A stretch of DNA of 63,542 bases, filler included, from Pseudobdellovibrionaceae bacterium (GTDB lineage: Bacteria; Bdellovibrionota; Bdellovibrionia; Bdellovibrionales; UBA1609), in NCBI GenBank assembly GCA_030591685.1. It is 9 parts of 9 records of this genome, joined end to end, with 100 filler letters (N's around TTAATTAATTAA, not from the genome) between each part and the next. Parts side by side here need not be neighbours in the genome. Positions count along the whole stretch, not along the records: positions 50,690 to 59,892 come from JAUVAX010000066.1; positions 59,993 to 61,933 come from JAUVAX010000096.1; 7 more parts are not named here. The stretch is one strand, 5' to 3'. The notes below the pieces were generated by a model. That model saw only the letters and a list, made by a program, of their open reading frames with translations. It did not search any database and had not been told where the DNA came from. Positions within the stretch are counted from its first letter, which is position 1, and every line of letters begins with the position of its first letter. Below are positions 52,472 to 62,033 of the stretch, in pieces. Made by a program: the position numbers and the translations under genes.

Positions 52472-52688
52472 AGGTAGGTACGGACACATTTTTGGGACTT
52501 GATGCATAAAATCTTTGCCTACTCTTAGGCTGTTCTGGTGTGAATACCACGTAAAAAGCTCATATATACTTATGAGCCCCCCTACCATGTGAGGCACGCT
52601 CGGTCGGGTTTGAGAAAGACAGAGTTAAACCTGTTTTCTGGGCGGAGATATTGAGGTCATGAGCCCCAAAAGTGTGTCCGTACTTTTC
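52472..52688 (+). mobile_element. ~205-bp non-autonomous mini-element, copy B
   Basis: TIR GTACGGACACATTTTTGGGA / CCCCAAAAGTGTGTCCGTAC (18/20); relic reading frame IPRKKLIYTYEPPYHV. Confidence 0.78.
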
Positions 52689-52722
52689 TAGCCCCGCAGC
52701 CGTCACCAATAGTCGCCATACA

Positions 52723-52787
52723 AACCCCTTTTAGGGGTCATATAACCCCTAAAAGGGGTTGATTTGTTATTCAAGGTACTCTATAAT
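52723..52787 (+). promoter_or_regulatory. 16-bp perfect inverted repeat (operator) overlapping a sigma70-like promoter
   Basis: AACCCCTTTTAGGGGT-6nt-ACCCCTAAAAGGGGTT; TTGATT(52759)-17nt-TATAAT(52782). Confidence 0.65.
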
Positions 52788-52793
52788 CAGTTT

Positions 52794-53141
52794 ATGTTAG
52801 ATAAAATATTAGGCTCTAAAACGGCTCAAAAAATATTTCTACACTTGTACCATTACGGGGAGACCTATCCTTCGGGTGTAGCGAGAGATTTTGGTATATC
52901 TTTGGGCCAAGTCCAGAGGCAGTTTGATCGCTTTGAAGAGGCGGGGGTATTGGTATCACGGCTTTCTGGTAAAACTAGGATATATATTTTTAATAAAAAA
53001 CAAGGGGCTGTGGTTAAGCCGTTTATAGAGTTGATCAGGGTATATTATGATTCAATTCCGTTGAAGGAGAAAGAAGAAATTTTCTCTACTCGAAGAAGAC
53101 CCAGAAGAAGGGGTAAGCCAGTTATTAGGAAAAAAGTATGA
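52794..53141 (+). CDS. Winged helix-turn-helix protein (putative antitoxin/regulator)
   Basis: ILGSKTAQKIFL..YPSGVARDF..VQRQFDRFEEAGVLVS..GKTRIY. Confidence 0.8.
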   Translation: MLDKILGSKTAQKIFLHLYHYGETYPSGVARDFGISLGQVQRQFDRFEEAGVLVSRLSGKTRIYIFNKKQGAVVKPFIELIRVYYDSIPLKEKEEIFSTRRRPRRRGKPVIRKKV

Positions 53142-53674
53142 CCATAGATTTAAAAAAAGCAACAGAAACAGAGCTTTGGAAGTATGTTGGTAAGCATTTG
53201 GGAGACAATGGTTTTGATGCCGTTTTAGTGGGAGGAGCCGTTGTGTCTATATACACAGAGGGCGCTTATAGATCGGGTGATTTAGATTTTATTATTCAAA
53301 ACCTAGTAAGTGATGCGCTACCTGCTGTGATGGAAGAGATTGGTTTTATTAAAAAAGGTAAAGAGTATGTAAACCCGAACTGCGAACATTTGTTTGTTGA
53401 GTTCCCGGCGGGACCATTAGGTATTGGTGAGGATTATAATATTAAACCAAGAGAAGAAGATGTGCAGGGAACAAAAATTAAGATTTTATCTGCAACAGAT
53501 TGTATAAAAGATAGGTTAGCAAGTTATATACATTGGAGTGCTAAAGACTGCTTTGACCAGGCGATACTAGTGGCAAAAGCACATAAGTATAATAGATCTA
53601 AAGTTAAAAAATGGTGTGAAGTTGAAAACAGATCGGATGTGTTTACGGAATTTGTTAAAAAATTGAAAAGATAA
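53138..53674 (+). CDS. Putative nucleotidyltransferase (polymerase-beta superfamily)
   Basis: VLVGGAVVSIY...YRSGDLDF (GG..DxD); ATGA overlap with the wHTH gene. Confidence 0.7.
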   Translation: MTIDLKKATETELWKYVGKHLGDNGFDAVLVGGAVVSIYTEGAYRSGDLDFIIQNLVSDALPAVMEEIGFIKKGKEYVNPNCEHLFVEFPAGPLGIGEDYNIKPREEDVQGTKIKILSATDCIKDRLASYIHWSAKDCFDQAILVAKAHKYNRSKVKKWCEVENRSDVFTEFVKKLKR

Positions 53675-53676
53675 AG

Positions 53677-54108
53677 ATGGTAAGGAAGGACATTGTGTCA
53701 GAAATTCAGTATACAACAGATGCAAATATTTTAGAAAAACTATCAGTTGGTGGCTTTTTTGTTGGTTGGCCTAACCCTCCAAGTAATAAAACTTTTCTTA
53801 AAATATTGAAACAAAGCTACAAAGTAGTTTTAGCTCATAATGATGAAGAGCTTATTGGTTTTGTTAATGCTGTATCTGACGGTGTTTTAAGTGCATATAT
53901 CCCTCTGCTAGAAGTGCTCCCCTCTTTTCAAGGGAAAGGGGTCGGTAAGGAGCTTATTAGTATTGTGAAAGGAGAGTTAGACGGCCTTTATATGATTGAT
54001 GTTTTATGTGACTCTGAACTTATCCCATACTATGAAAAGGTTGGTTTTTCTAAAGCGCAAGGAGTGTTAATTCGTAATTATGACAATCAATCAGGAGCCA
54101 AAAATTGA
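53677..54108 (+). CDS. GNAT N-acetyltransferase
   Basis: LEVLPSFQGKGVGKEL, YYEKVGF. Confidence 0.9.
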   Translation: MVRKDIVSEIQYTTDANILEKLSVGGFFVGWPNPPSNKTFLKILKQSYKVVLAHNDEELIGFVNAVSDGVLSAYIPLLEVLPSFQGKGVGKELISIVKGELDGLYMIDVLCDSELIPYYEKVGFSKAQGVLIRNYDNQSGAKN

Positions 54109-54563
54109 ATATTTCGATTTTCACTGAAAATAAAAGTAAAGTTTGCTTAGAGGTTTTAACCAAGCTTCCTGAATGGTTTACCCTTCCTGAGGCAATACAA
54201 GATTACTCAAATGGCGTTAAAGACTCTACAATGTTTATTGCCCGTGAAAACGATACAATGATCGGCTTTATATCTCTTAAACAACATTTTTCAACATCTT
54301 ATGAAGTTTACGTGATGGGGGTTTTAAGCAAATATCATCACAAAGGAATAGGCACAGAGTTACTAACACATGCTGAAAAATATCTAAAAAGCAATGGCGC
54401 TAAATATCTTACAGTGAAAACACTTTCAGAATCAAGAACAGATAAATATTATGATTTAACGAGATCATTTTATTATAAAAATAATTTTATCCCTATTGAA
54501 GAATTCAAAGAACTTTGGGATAAGGATAATCCATGCCTTTTTATGGTTAAAAATTTGAATTAA
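54105..54563 (+). CDS. GNAT N-acetyltransferase
   Basis: LPEWF, MGVLSKYHHKGIG, LTVKTL, TRSFY, WDKDNPCL. Confidence 0.9.
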   Translation: MNISIFTENKSKVCLEVLTKLPEWFTLPEAIQDYSNGVKDSTMFIARENDTMIGFISLKQHFSTSYEVYVMGVLSKYHHKGIGTELLTHAEKYLKSNGAKYLTVKTLSESRTDKYYDLTRSFYYKNNFIPIEEFKELWDKDNPCLFMVKNLN

Positions 54564-54614
54564 ATTTTCTTTAGCGGGGTGACGATCACCCAACTAAACT
54601 ATAAGGAGTAGAAT

Positions 54615-55220
54615 TTGTCACATTTTAACGAAACTGCTAATGAATGGGATACGCCAGATAAAATTGAATCTTCAAAGTTATTTGCTCGTAAAATTAAAGA
54701 GCATATAAAAACATTTGATAAGCCAGTGGATATACTTGATTTTGGCTGTGGCACAGGGTTAATTGCATATGAGTTTATTGATCAAGCTAAAAAATTGGTA
54801 GGTATTGATACCTCAGAGGGGATGTTAGAAGTTTTTAAACAAAAAGGCGAGGGGCTTGGCAAGGTAGAGACTCATTTAATTAATTTAGAAGAGTCTGACC
54901 TGGAGGATCAAAAATTTGATTTGATAGTAACTTCTACGGCCTTTCATCACCTTGATGATCCCCAAAAGATGGTTCACAAACTTTATGGCATGCTTAACGA
55001 TGGAGGCCAGTTGGCTGTTGTTGATTTAGATAAAGAAGATGGCAGCTTTCACCCTGATAACAAGCGCATGGGAGTGAAGCATTTTGGTTTTAGCGAAGAA
55101 GAGGTTATGGCCTGGGGAGAAAAGGGCGGGTTTTCTAGCACCAAAAGGTATTTAATTCACAGCTTTGAGAAGAATGAGAGGGAGTACCCTTTGTTTTTGG
55201 CAGTTTTTGAAAAACATTAG
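54615..55220 (+). CDS. Class I SAM-dependent methyltransferase
   Basis: LDFGCGTG, DTSEGML, FDLIV, FHHL, DLDKEDGSFH. Confidence 0.92.
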   Translation: MSHFNETANEWDTPDKIESSKLFARKIKEHIKTFDKPVDILDFGCGTGLIAYEFIDQAKKLVGIDTSEGMLEVFKQKGEGLGKVETHLINLEESDLEDQKFDLIVTSTAFHHLDDPQKMVHKLYGMLNDGGQLAVVDLDKEDGSFHPDNKRMGVKHFGFSEEEVMAWGEKGGFSSTKRYLIHSFEKNEREYPLFLAVFEKH

Positions 55221-55376
55221 TAGTTGGGTGACGGTCACCAAAAGTGTGCCCGTGCTTTTTTTTAAAGGGAGGGGTTAAGCGATAGCTTGCCTCCAAAAAA
55301 TATACTTGGCGTCTGATTTATAAAAAGAATTAGTTCTAAGATTGAAGTAATGCAAAAAATAACTAATCGAGATCAT

Positions 55377-55892
55377 ATGAGCTTAAAACTAAGAGAACTT
55401 AGTTTAAAAGATGAGCAGGCTTTTATGAACGGCCTTAAAGACTGGGAGGGGGAAAGCCTTTCTTGGTATACATTTGACTGGAAGCCAGGGGTTTTATTTT
55501 CTGAGCATCTAGATCGACTTAAGAAAAATAAAAGGGGAGTTGAGACACCAAAGGCCCATGTCCCCTCAACAATGCTCTATGGATTTGTAGTGGGTGAAAT
55601 AGTTGGAAGAGTAAATGTTCGACATGTATTGAATGAGGAGCTAAATAAAAGAGGGGGGCACATTGGATATGCCGTCTCTCAAAAGCACCGAAAAAAGGGC
55701 TACGCTTTGGAAATGGTGAAGCAATCGTTATCGATTTGTAAAACGTTAGGTATTGAAAGGCTTTTAGTTACTTGTGCACGAGCCAATATCCCGTCATGGA
55801 AAATCATCGAATCTATTGGTGGAGAATTAGAGGCTGAAGTTTATGATGATATAGGTAAGGAGATAATTCGGAAGTACTGGGTCGGGCTGTGA
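55377..55892 (+). CDS. GNAT N-acetyltransferase
   Basis: GRVNVRHVLNEEL..GGHIGYAV, RKKGYA, LVTC..NIPS.KIIE. Confidence 0.9.
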   Translation: MSLKLRELSLKDEQAFMNGLKDWEGESLSWYTFDWKPGVLFSEHLDRLKKNKRGVETPKAHVPSTMLYGFVVGEIVGRVNVRHVLNEELNKRGGHIGYAVSQKHRKKGYALEMVKQSLSICKTLGIERLLVTCARANIPSWKIIESIGGELEAEVYDDIGKEIIRKYWVGL

Positions 55893-56229
55893 GTAGTTTT
55901 GTTTTTTAATTCAGGTGCCAGTGTAGAGGCAAGATTTGATTGCAATAGCTCCTCCATGGCTTTTTGAAGTGCTTTTTCAAACTCTATTTAACGTACAACT
56001 CAATCCCCGGCATTCGATACCCGGACAAACCTTTAGCCTCCCGCACAACTAAAAGGGTGTGATGGTAGGGAGTCAATGGGAAATGCAGGGAGGGTCTTTA
56101 TATCGGGTCCCGCCAGTCCAATACTTCACAAGAACGAATGTTTATTTGTCCATTGACAAAAACATGCGGAATTTTTCCCCAGGCCGCTTTGGTCAACAAT
56201 GAATTTAGGCGACAGGTATCGTTCAACTT

Positions 56230-57045
56230 CTATGGAATACCAACAATGGCTTTAGCGACGGACTGCATGTAAGCACCGTTGCTTTGAGAAATGTTTGCTG
56301 GAACATCCAGCCCCACAGGCGTTTCATTAAAAATCGTTGCATAAAAAACGTTAGCGGTGAGGTAAGTTCCAAAAACATCTGGGTGACTTCCGTCTCCAGA
56401 CCACAAATCTCCCGAGTTAAACGGTGCCCCGCCGTCGTCGACAATGGCCTCCCAGGCGGCACCAACATTTGCTAGTTCTCCTCCTGTCGAAGCTTTATAT
56501 TGAGTGTAGCCAGCAAGTAGGGCTTGGGTGTGTCCAGTAAAAGTGCAAACCAGTGGATAGTAACCGCAGTTTCCAGCATCACCATTCTCTCTTCCCCAGG
56601 TGACATAATATACTATTTGAGTAGCGGCATTGTTGGTTAATATTGCATTGGCAAGAGTTACAGCATTTGGCAGGCTGCCGGAGGTCACATCGGCAGGCTT
56701 AAATCCTGGGCGTTGACTTTGGTTTTGTAAGATCACAAAGTCCCATTGCCTTGAGTTGATTGCATCGGTGGTTGCTGAATTACCGGTATGAGTGGCGAAG
56801 CTTGCTCCACCCGGGGCCACAGATACCACAGACACATTATGCCCTCCTGAGCAAGATAGTGTTTTAAATGTCGTAGGAAGGTCATTAACATAAGTGTAGC
56901 TATTGCCAATAAACAAAATATCAACCACAGAATTATCTGCGCAGCTGGTTTGAGAGGGGCTTCCCGGAGAAACATCACTCTTTTCGCAAGAAATTACGAC
57001 TAAGGCAAAGAGAGCCAGCAAGAATGTATTCACTAATTTAAACAT
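56230..57045 (-). CDS. SGNH/GDSL-like hydrolase lipoprotein
   Basis: Lipobox VISC; ILFIGNSYT, WDFVILQ, DGSHP. Confidence 0.85.
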   Translation of the reverse strand: MFKLVNTFLLALFALVVISCEKSDVSPGSPSQTSCADNSVVDILFIGNSYTYVNDLPTTFKTLSCSGGHNVSVVSVAPGGASFATHTGNSATTDAINSRQWDFVILQNQSQRPGFKPADVTSGSLPNAVTLANAILTNNAATQIVYYVTWGRENGDAGNCGYYPLVCTFTGHTQALLAGYTQYKASTGGELANVGAAWEAIVDDGGAPFNSGDLWSGDGSHPDVFGTYLTANVFYATIFNETPVGLDVPANISQSNGAYMQSVAKAIVGIP

Positions 57046-57335
57046 AAAGCTCCCTGTTAAATCCATCGGATCTTTAGGTGAGAACCTGTACTCACAATCT
57101 CTCCACACATTTCAAGAAGTCTCAGCTTGAGAAAATTATAGTCGGGTGACCGTCACCTTTTAGTGTCCCATCCGGTCACTAAGCCACGCGTTTAAGCCTA
57201 CTTGTTTTCTTGCCAGCAGTGAAGGTTTCGCCTTAAATATAGTCTTCTCATGGCTTTTTGAAGTGTATTTTAGCAAGAAAGTTGCACTGGTAATGTAAAT
57301 CTGGACTGACACCTGAATTAGGCGGAGCACATGTC

Positions 57336-57367
57336 GACGCGGGCTCGACTCCCGCCGCCTCCGCCCA
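57336..57367 (+). other. Degenerate tmRNA/tRNA-like 3'-end fragment (possible att-site scar)
   Basis: GAC-GCGGG-CTCGACT-CCCGC-CGCCTCC-GCCCA resembles ssrA 3' ends (GACGCGGGTTCGACTCCCGCCGCCTCCACCA); no 5' half seen. Confidence 0.6.
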
Positions 57368-57434
57368 AATTAATGAAATTACAAAGGTTTTCAATGATTT
57401 GGGTGGGGGGGCAAAGGCTAAGCGTATTTTTAAT

Positions 57435-58334
57435 CTAAATCATATTCCAAAATGTATCTAAGACTTTTTGAACCCTAAAAGTTACCTTTTGGTCCTTTAG
57501 CTTTACGATGTAAATTGAATTTTTATTGCTTTTTGATTTGTATTTTATGAGTTTATTTTTATCCAATAAATTCTGAACACAGTGGCTCGGAAACAAGCCC
57601 AGGCCTAGGCCATGGTTTACCATGGTAATGGCTCCATTTAGATCGTTTATCTCACCAGTAATTTTTAAGGAACTAATTTTTAAGTTTTTACTTCGGGGAA
57701 AGTGAATACTTTGCCACTTTTCAAAAAGCACATCCATTCCAGGGTAATAGACAAAATTCTGATCTTGCAGTTCAATTAAGGATTTGAAATTTAGAGCTGT
57801 TTTTTTTGAAGACACTAAAACATATTCTTCTTGAGCAAACGCTGAGAACTCCACGTCGTTGTGGTTGATCTTGTCAGTAACAAAACCAAAATCAATTTCT
57901 CCAGAGAGTAGTAACTCTACGACTTGCGGGGAGTGACAAATTGTAAGTTTCAAGTCAACTCCAGGAAAGTGTTTACGCTTTTCTAGCAGTATAGGAAAGT
58001 GAGGCGTCAACAGACAGGAGCTTGGCATTGCATACCTAACCTGGCCCTTAACTTCTTTAGTTTCTTTTCTAACGTCCTCTAGTAGGGCGTCAACTTGATC
58101 TAAATAATTCTCTACGAACTGCTTTAGCTTTATACCAGATTTTGTTAGTTGTACCCTTCTCCCGGCTCTTAAAAACAGGCTCACATCTAATTCTTCCTCT
58201 AGTCGGGCGACATGTTGGCTAATACCAGACTGGGTGAGGGCTGCCGCTTGGGCTGCTTTTGTGAAGCTCAGGGTTTCAGCGGCAAAATAAAAGGCCCTTA
58301 GGGAGGTTTCGTCTAATTTTTCAAAGTTTCTCAT
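57435..58334 (-). CDS. LysR-family transcriptional regulator
   Basis: SFTKAA..LTQSGISQHVARLEEEL..LFLR..LTKSG; GEIDFG. Confidence 0.95.
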   Translation of the reverse strand: MRNFEKLDETSLRAFYFAAETLSFTKAAQAAALTQSGISQHVARLEEELDVSLFLRAGRRVQLTKSGIKLKQFVENYLDQVDALLEDVRKETKEVKGQVRYAMPSSCLLTPHFPILLEKRKHFPGVDLKLTICHSPQVVELLLSGEIDFGFVTDKINHNDVEFSAFAQEEYVLVSSKKTALNFKSLIELQDQNFVYYPGMDVLFEKWQSIHFPRSKNLKISSLKITGEINDLNGAITMVNHGLGLGLFPSHCVQNLLDKNKLIKYKSKSNKNSIYIVKLKDQKVTFRVQKVLDTFWNMI

Positions 58335-58451
58335 AGGTTACATTCATTACCAAGAATGATTGGTATATTCAAATCAATTAATTTTTATTATCTATCAATT
58401 TGGATTAAGTTGCATTTGATGAAACAAACTAATAGAAACAAGGAGGTGATA

Positions 58452-59892
58452 ATGAAAGCAATAACAATAGCCCTAATAATGGCTCTAATCACAATAGGTT
58501 CTGTCACTTTCTTTGGCTTAAACTCTCAGGCTAACGAGGCTCAATATTTTCGAGTATGGCAGGGCTTTAAGAAGTCGAATCTTTCTAGTGATCAGTTCTT
58601 GAAGGAGCTCCCTTCTTTTATGAAAGACACCGTAGAGCTTTACGACGGCCGTGGCCTTAATAACTATATGGTTGTTATACCCCCTTCTGATAAGCCAAGC
58701 TTTATTCCTGATGAGTTAGCGTTGGTTGCTTTAGGGTCTGAAAAGACTTACAGAGACATTCGTGCCACCGAAGAAGGCAAAAACTATGGTGCTCGCCACT
58801 GGGATGTCTTTAATAAAGAAAACTCTGCCAGCAGCAAGCATTTTATTAATTACCAAGTAGAGCAGCCGAGTAAACTTAATAACAATTGGACCTACGATAT
58901 GATTGGTAAGCCCATCGATTGGTCTAAGGGTTATTCAGTAGTCTATATTGGCACTCGCCAAAAACATCTATCAAGGGATAGATTTTTAGATCGTTTAAAA
59001 AATCATATTGTACTAGCAAAGAATACTTTAAACCCTTTAGGAATGAATGCTTATATCGTTTTGGCAAATGAAAACTACGAGGTTGCATATATAAACTGGG
59101 ACTCAAAAGAAGCCCATGATGCAGCTTTTGAAAAAGAAAAGTCTAAGCAAGTTTTTGAAGATGCTCAGACTATGTTGGATCCTCTTATGTATCAGCAGTT
59201 AAGCCCATTTGTCGCAGAAAGCGGCGTTACGGCAAACGCTTCATATTCTACGGTATTCAACGGAAGGCCTGTAGAGAAAAAAACATTGATAGTAGTTACC
59301 AGTCATGAAGAATTAGGGGATACCGACAGAAAAACCGGTTATTATTTATCAGAAGTGACTCACCCCTTTTACGCTCTTCAAGATTCAGGAGTCCACGTTG
59401 ATATTGCAAGCATTAGTGGTGGGAAGGCCCCCATGGATGAGTCCAGTCGAGAGCTTTCAGATTCAACGAACAAGCGGTTCTTAGACGAAAAGGGTGCTCT
59501 TTTGGAGGACACACTCAAATTAGCAAGATTAGAACCTAAAGACTACGAGGCTGTTATCTTTGCTGGCGGGCACGGTACCATGTGGGACTTTCCTCGCAAT
59601 AAAGTTGTAAATACGTTCTCTCGTAATATTTATGAAAGTGGTGGGATTGTATCAGCCATTTGCCATGGGCCCGCCGCTTTGTTGGGAATAAAGCTCTCAA
59701 GCGGAAAGCTTTTAATAAAAGGCAAAAAGCTAACAGGCTTTACAAATAAAGAAGAAGTTGCTGTGAAGCTAGAAAAAGTAATGCCCTTCGCCTTAGAAAC
59801 TGAACTAATTAAATCTGGGGCTAAATTCGTTGGTAAAGATAACTGGGAAAGTAATGTAGTAATAGATGGAAACCTCATAACGGGGCAAAACC
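58452..59892 (+). CDS. Exported fusion: N-terminal dimeric alpha-beta-barrel (EthD-like) region plus DJ-1/PfpI (Hsp31-like) domain, 3'-truncated
   Basis: AGGAGG RBS, signal peptide; TGYYLSEVTHP, GGHGTMWDF, SAICHGP, LITGQN; divergent from LysR. Confidence 0.82.
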
Positions 59893-59992
59893 NNNNNNNN
59901 NNNNNNNNNNNNNNNNNNNNNNNNNNNNNNNNNNNNTTAATTAATTAANNNNNNNNNNNNNNNNNNNNNNNNNNNNNNNNNNNNNNNNNNNN

Positions 59993-60966
59993 GATTTATA
60001 GATGGTGGGACAATAGGGATAGCTCCTAATATATCCATCATGCCCATCCGATTCTTAGGTGCAGATGGGAGCGGGGATTTAGCCGGTGGTATTAAGTCTA
60101 TTGATTATGCCATTGAGAAGGGTGTGGATGTTATTTCTGCCAGCTGGGGAGCCTCTGTTCCTAAGGCTCAAGCCAAGCCCCTTATAGAGGCCGTTCAAAG
60201 AGCCAGTGATGCTGGAGTTATTTTTGTAGCTGCTGCAGCTAACGATGGTAAAAATAATGATAAAACAGACGTGTTCCCTGCCAATGCTGAGTTTGAGAAT
60301 ACAATTTCTGTTGCCGCCAGCGGCCCACAAGATGAAAAGCCCAATTGGTCTAATTACGGGCGTATGACTGTTCATTTAGCGGCACCGGGTTTAAATATCA
60401 TGAGTACGTTGCCTAAAAATAAATATTCAAACCTTTCTGGGACAAGCATGGCCACTCCTCTTGTTTCGGGGCTTGTAGCGTTACTAAAATCACAAGACCC
60501 AAACTTAACAGGTAAACAAATCAGAGCCCTTTTGCAGTCCACAGGGGCTCAGGTTAAAATTGAAACCGCATGCAACTGCCGAGTAGATGCAGGGCGAGCC
60601 ATGGAGTCACTTTTAAATAAAGACCTCATTATTGCCCCAGCCGCCTTTACAGCAAAAGTAAATGACACAAAGTCTTTTGAAGTCGTAAATGCTTCAGGGA
60701 CTGTAACTTATGAGTCCGAGAACCCAAGTGTAGGCAGCATTGATGCTCAAGGAGGCTTTAAAGCCCTTTCTGTGGGTGAAACCCGAATCCATGCTACTGA
60801 TGCCACTGGAAGAAAAGTAAGCTCCCTTAACCTGACGGTGGCAAATGCACCGTCAGATGGCGGCGGCGGCGGTGGTGGAGGAGGCGATGGCAGCTGTCCT
60901 CTCGATCCGGCTCTTTGCGATATAGCCTGTGGTATTTCTCCAGATCTCCCATGGTGCTCTAAATAA
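59993..60966 (+). CDS. S8 subtilisin-like serine protease, 5'-truncated, with Ig-like domain and Cys-rich tail
   Basis: AAAAND, SNYG, LAAPG, SGTSMATP; Gly linker then CPLDPALCDIACGISPDLPWC. Confidence 0.93.
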
Positions 60967-60988
60967 GACATTTGCTTTTTTAGACTTT

Positions 60989-61024
60989 AATAAAAAAAGC
61001 CCTCTTTAGAGGGCTTTTTTTATT
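60989..61024. terminator. Bidirectional rho-independent terminator
   Basis: AATAAAAAAAGCCCTCT-TT-AGAGGGCTTTTTTTATT between convergent genes. Confidence 0.9.
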
Positions 61025-61115
61025 CTACAAACCTTTTATTCTGTTTAAATGTACTCAAAAAAATAGTTCAATTCTCTTAACGCCTGCTAAAAAAATAACT
61101 CTCAACCTTTTATTA

Positions 61116-61933
61116 TTAAAGGGTATAGATATAAATATTTCCGTATTCTGTCTTTAAAGGTATATACACAGCCTTTCGATCTATAAATCCTTTGATTAAA
61201 ATCGACCCGGGCTCAATGAAAGCCTTTGATTTTAATTTTATTTCGCCATGGGCAAATATTTTACTAGCTCTTCTATGTATCATGCCCAGCAAGGCTCGCG
61301 CTAAAGCTTTAGGAGTAAACAGACTGGACTCATCACCTAAAGCTTTATACAGGTACGTCAACACTGAGGGCTCAAAACTCATTACAAACTCAGATCTATA
61401 GTCGAGAGCTTCCACTTCGAAAAGCAAATTAAAAGTTCCAATAAAAGGAGTTTTCATCGATTTAAGCTCTGGCTCACACACATTTACAGAGGAGTGAGAG
61501 AGTTTTTTGTAAACATCCCTTGTCGTACTAATGAACTGATCAAAACAAGTGGCTGATAAATATTGTTGGTTTCTATTTAAGTTTAACTTAGCGCCAATAA
61601 GCTTCATCAGTTTTGAATAATCAATAGGATGGTGAGTGAAACTTATATTACTTTTCACGCTGGCGAGAGCGTCATCACCTTTTTGTTGCAAAAACATCAC
61701 TTGAGTTTTGTTATTGCTATTTGTATGGTTTATACTTGTTAAAAAATTTAACAGGCCTCTTTTTGTCAAGCATTTTTGTTCAACAACAATAAAATCAAAT
61801 TTTTGATTATTCATTTTTTGAACTGTATCTTTTTGAGAATATGAGTCCACTATACTTACACTAGTAGAAAAATAATTCTGCGCATAGTGAGAAAAAATCC
61901 CCCCGACACTCTTATCATCTGATAAAAATAAGA
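61116..61933 (-). CDS. Hypothetical protein (degenerate receiver-like plus CheX-like domains), probably 5'-truncated
   Basis: FDFIVVE/HHPID receiver-like region; C-terminal VYIPLKTEYGNIYI resembles CheX ends. Confidence 0.5.
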
Positions 61934-62033
61934 NNNNNNNNNNNNNNNNNNNNNNNNNNNNNNNNNNNNNNNNNNNNTTAATTAATTAANNNNNNNNNNN
62001 NNNNNNNNNNNNNNNNNNNNNNNNNNNNNNNNN

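Noticed and set aside
57336..57367. Complete tRNA or tmRNA gene
   Set aside because: Only the T-arm and 3' acceptor strand are present; TTC is mutated to CTC and there is no matching 5' strand
51600..57400. attC sites between the GNAT and MTase genes
   Set aside because: The repeats lack the AAC...GTT R boxes and L-box architecture seen in the attC sites at 3232 and 5066
1..62033. A DGR variable repeat or target gene within the window
   Set aside because: No ORF here ends in an RGGxW...GFRC-like segment; the target must lie elsewhere
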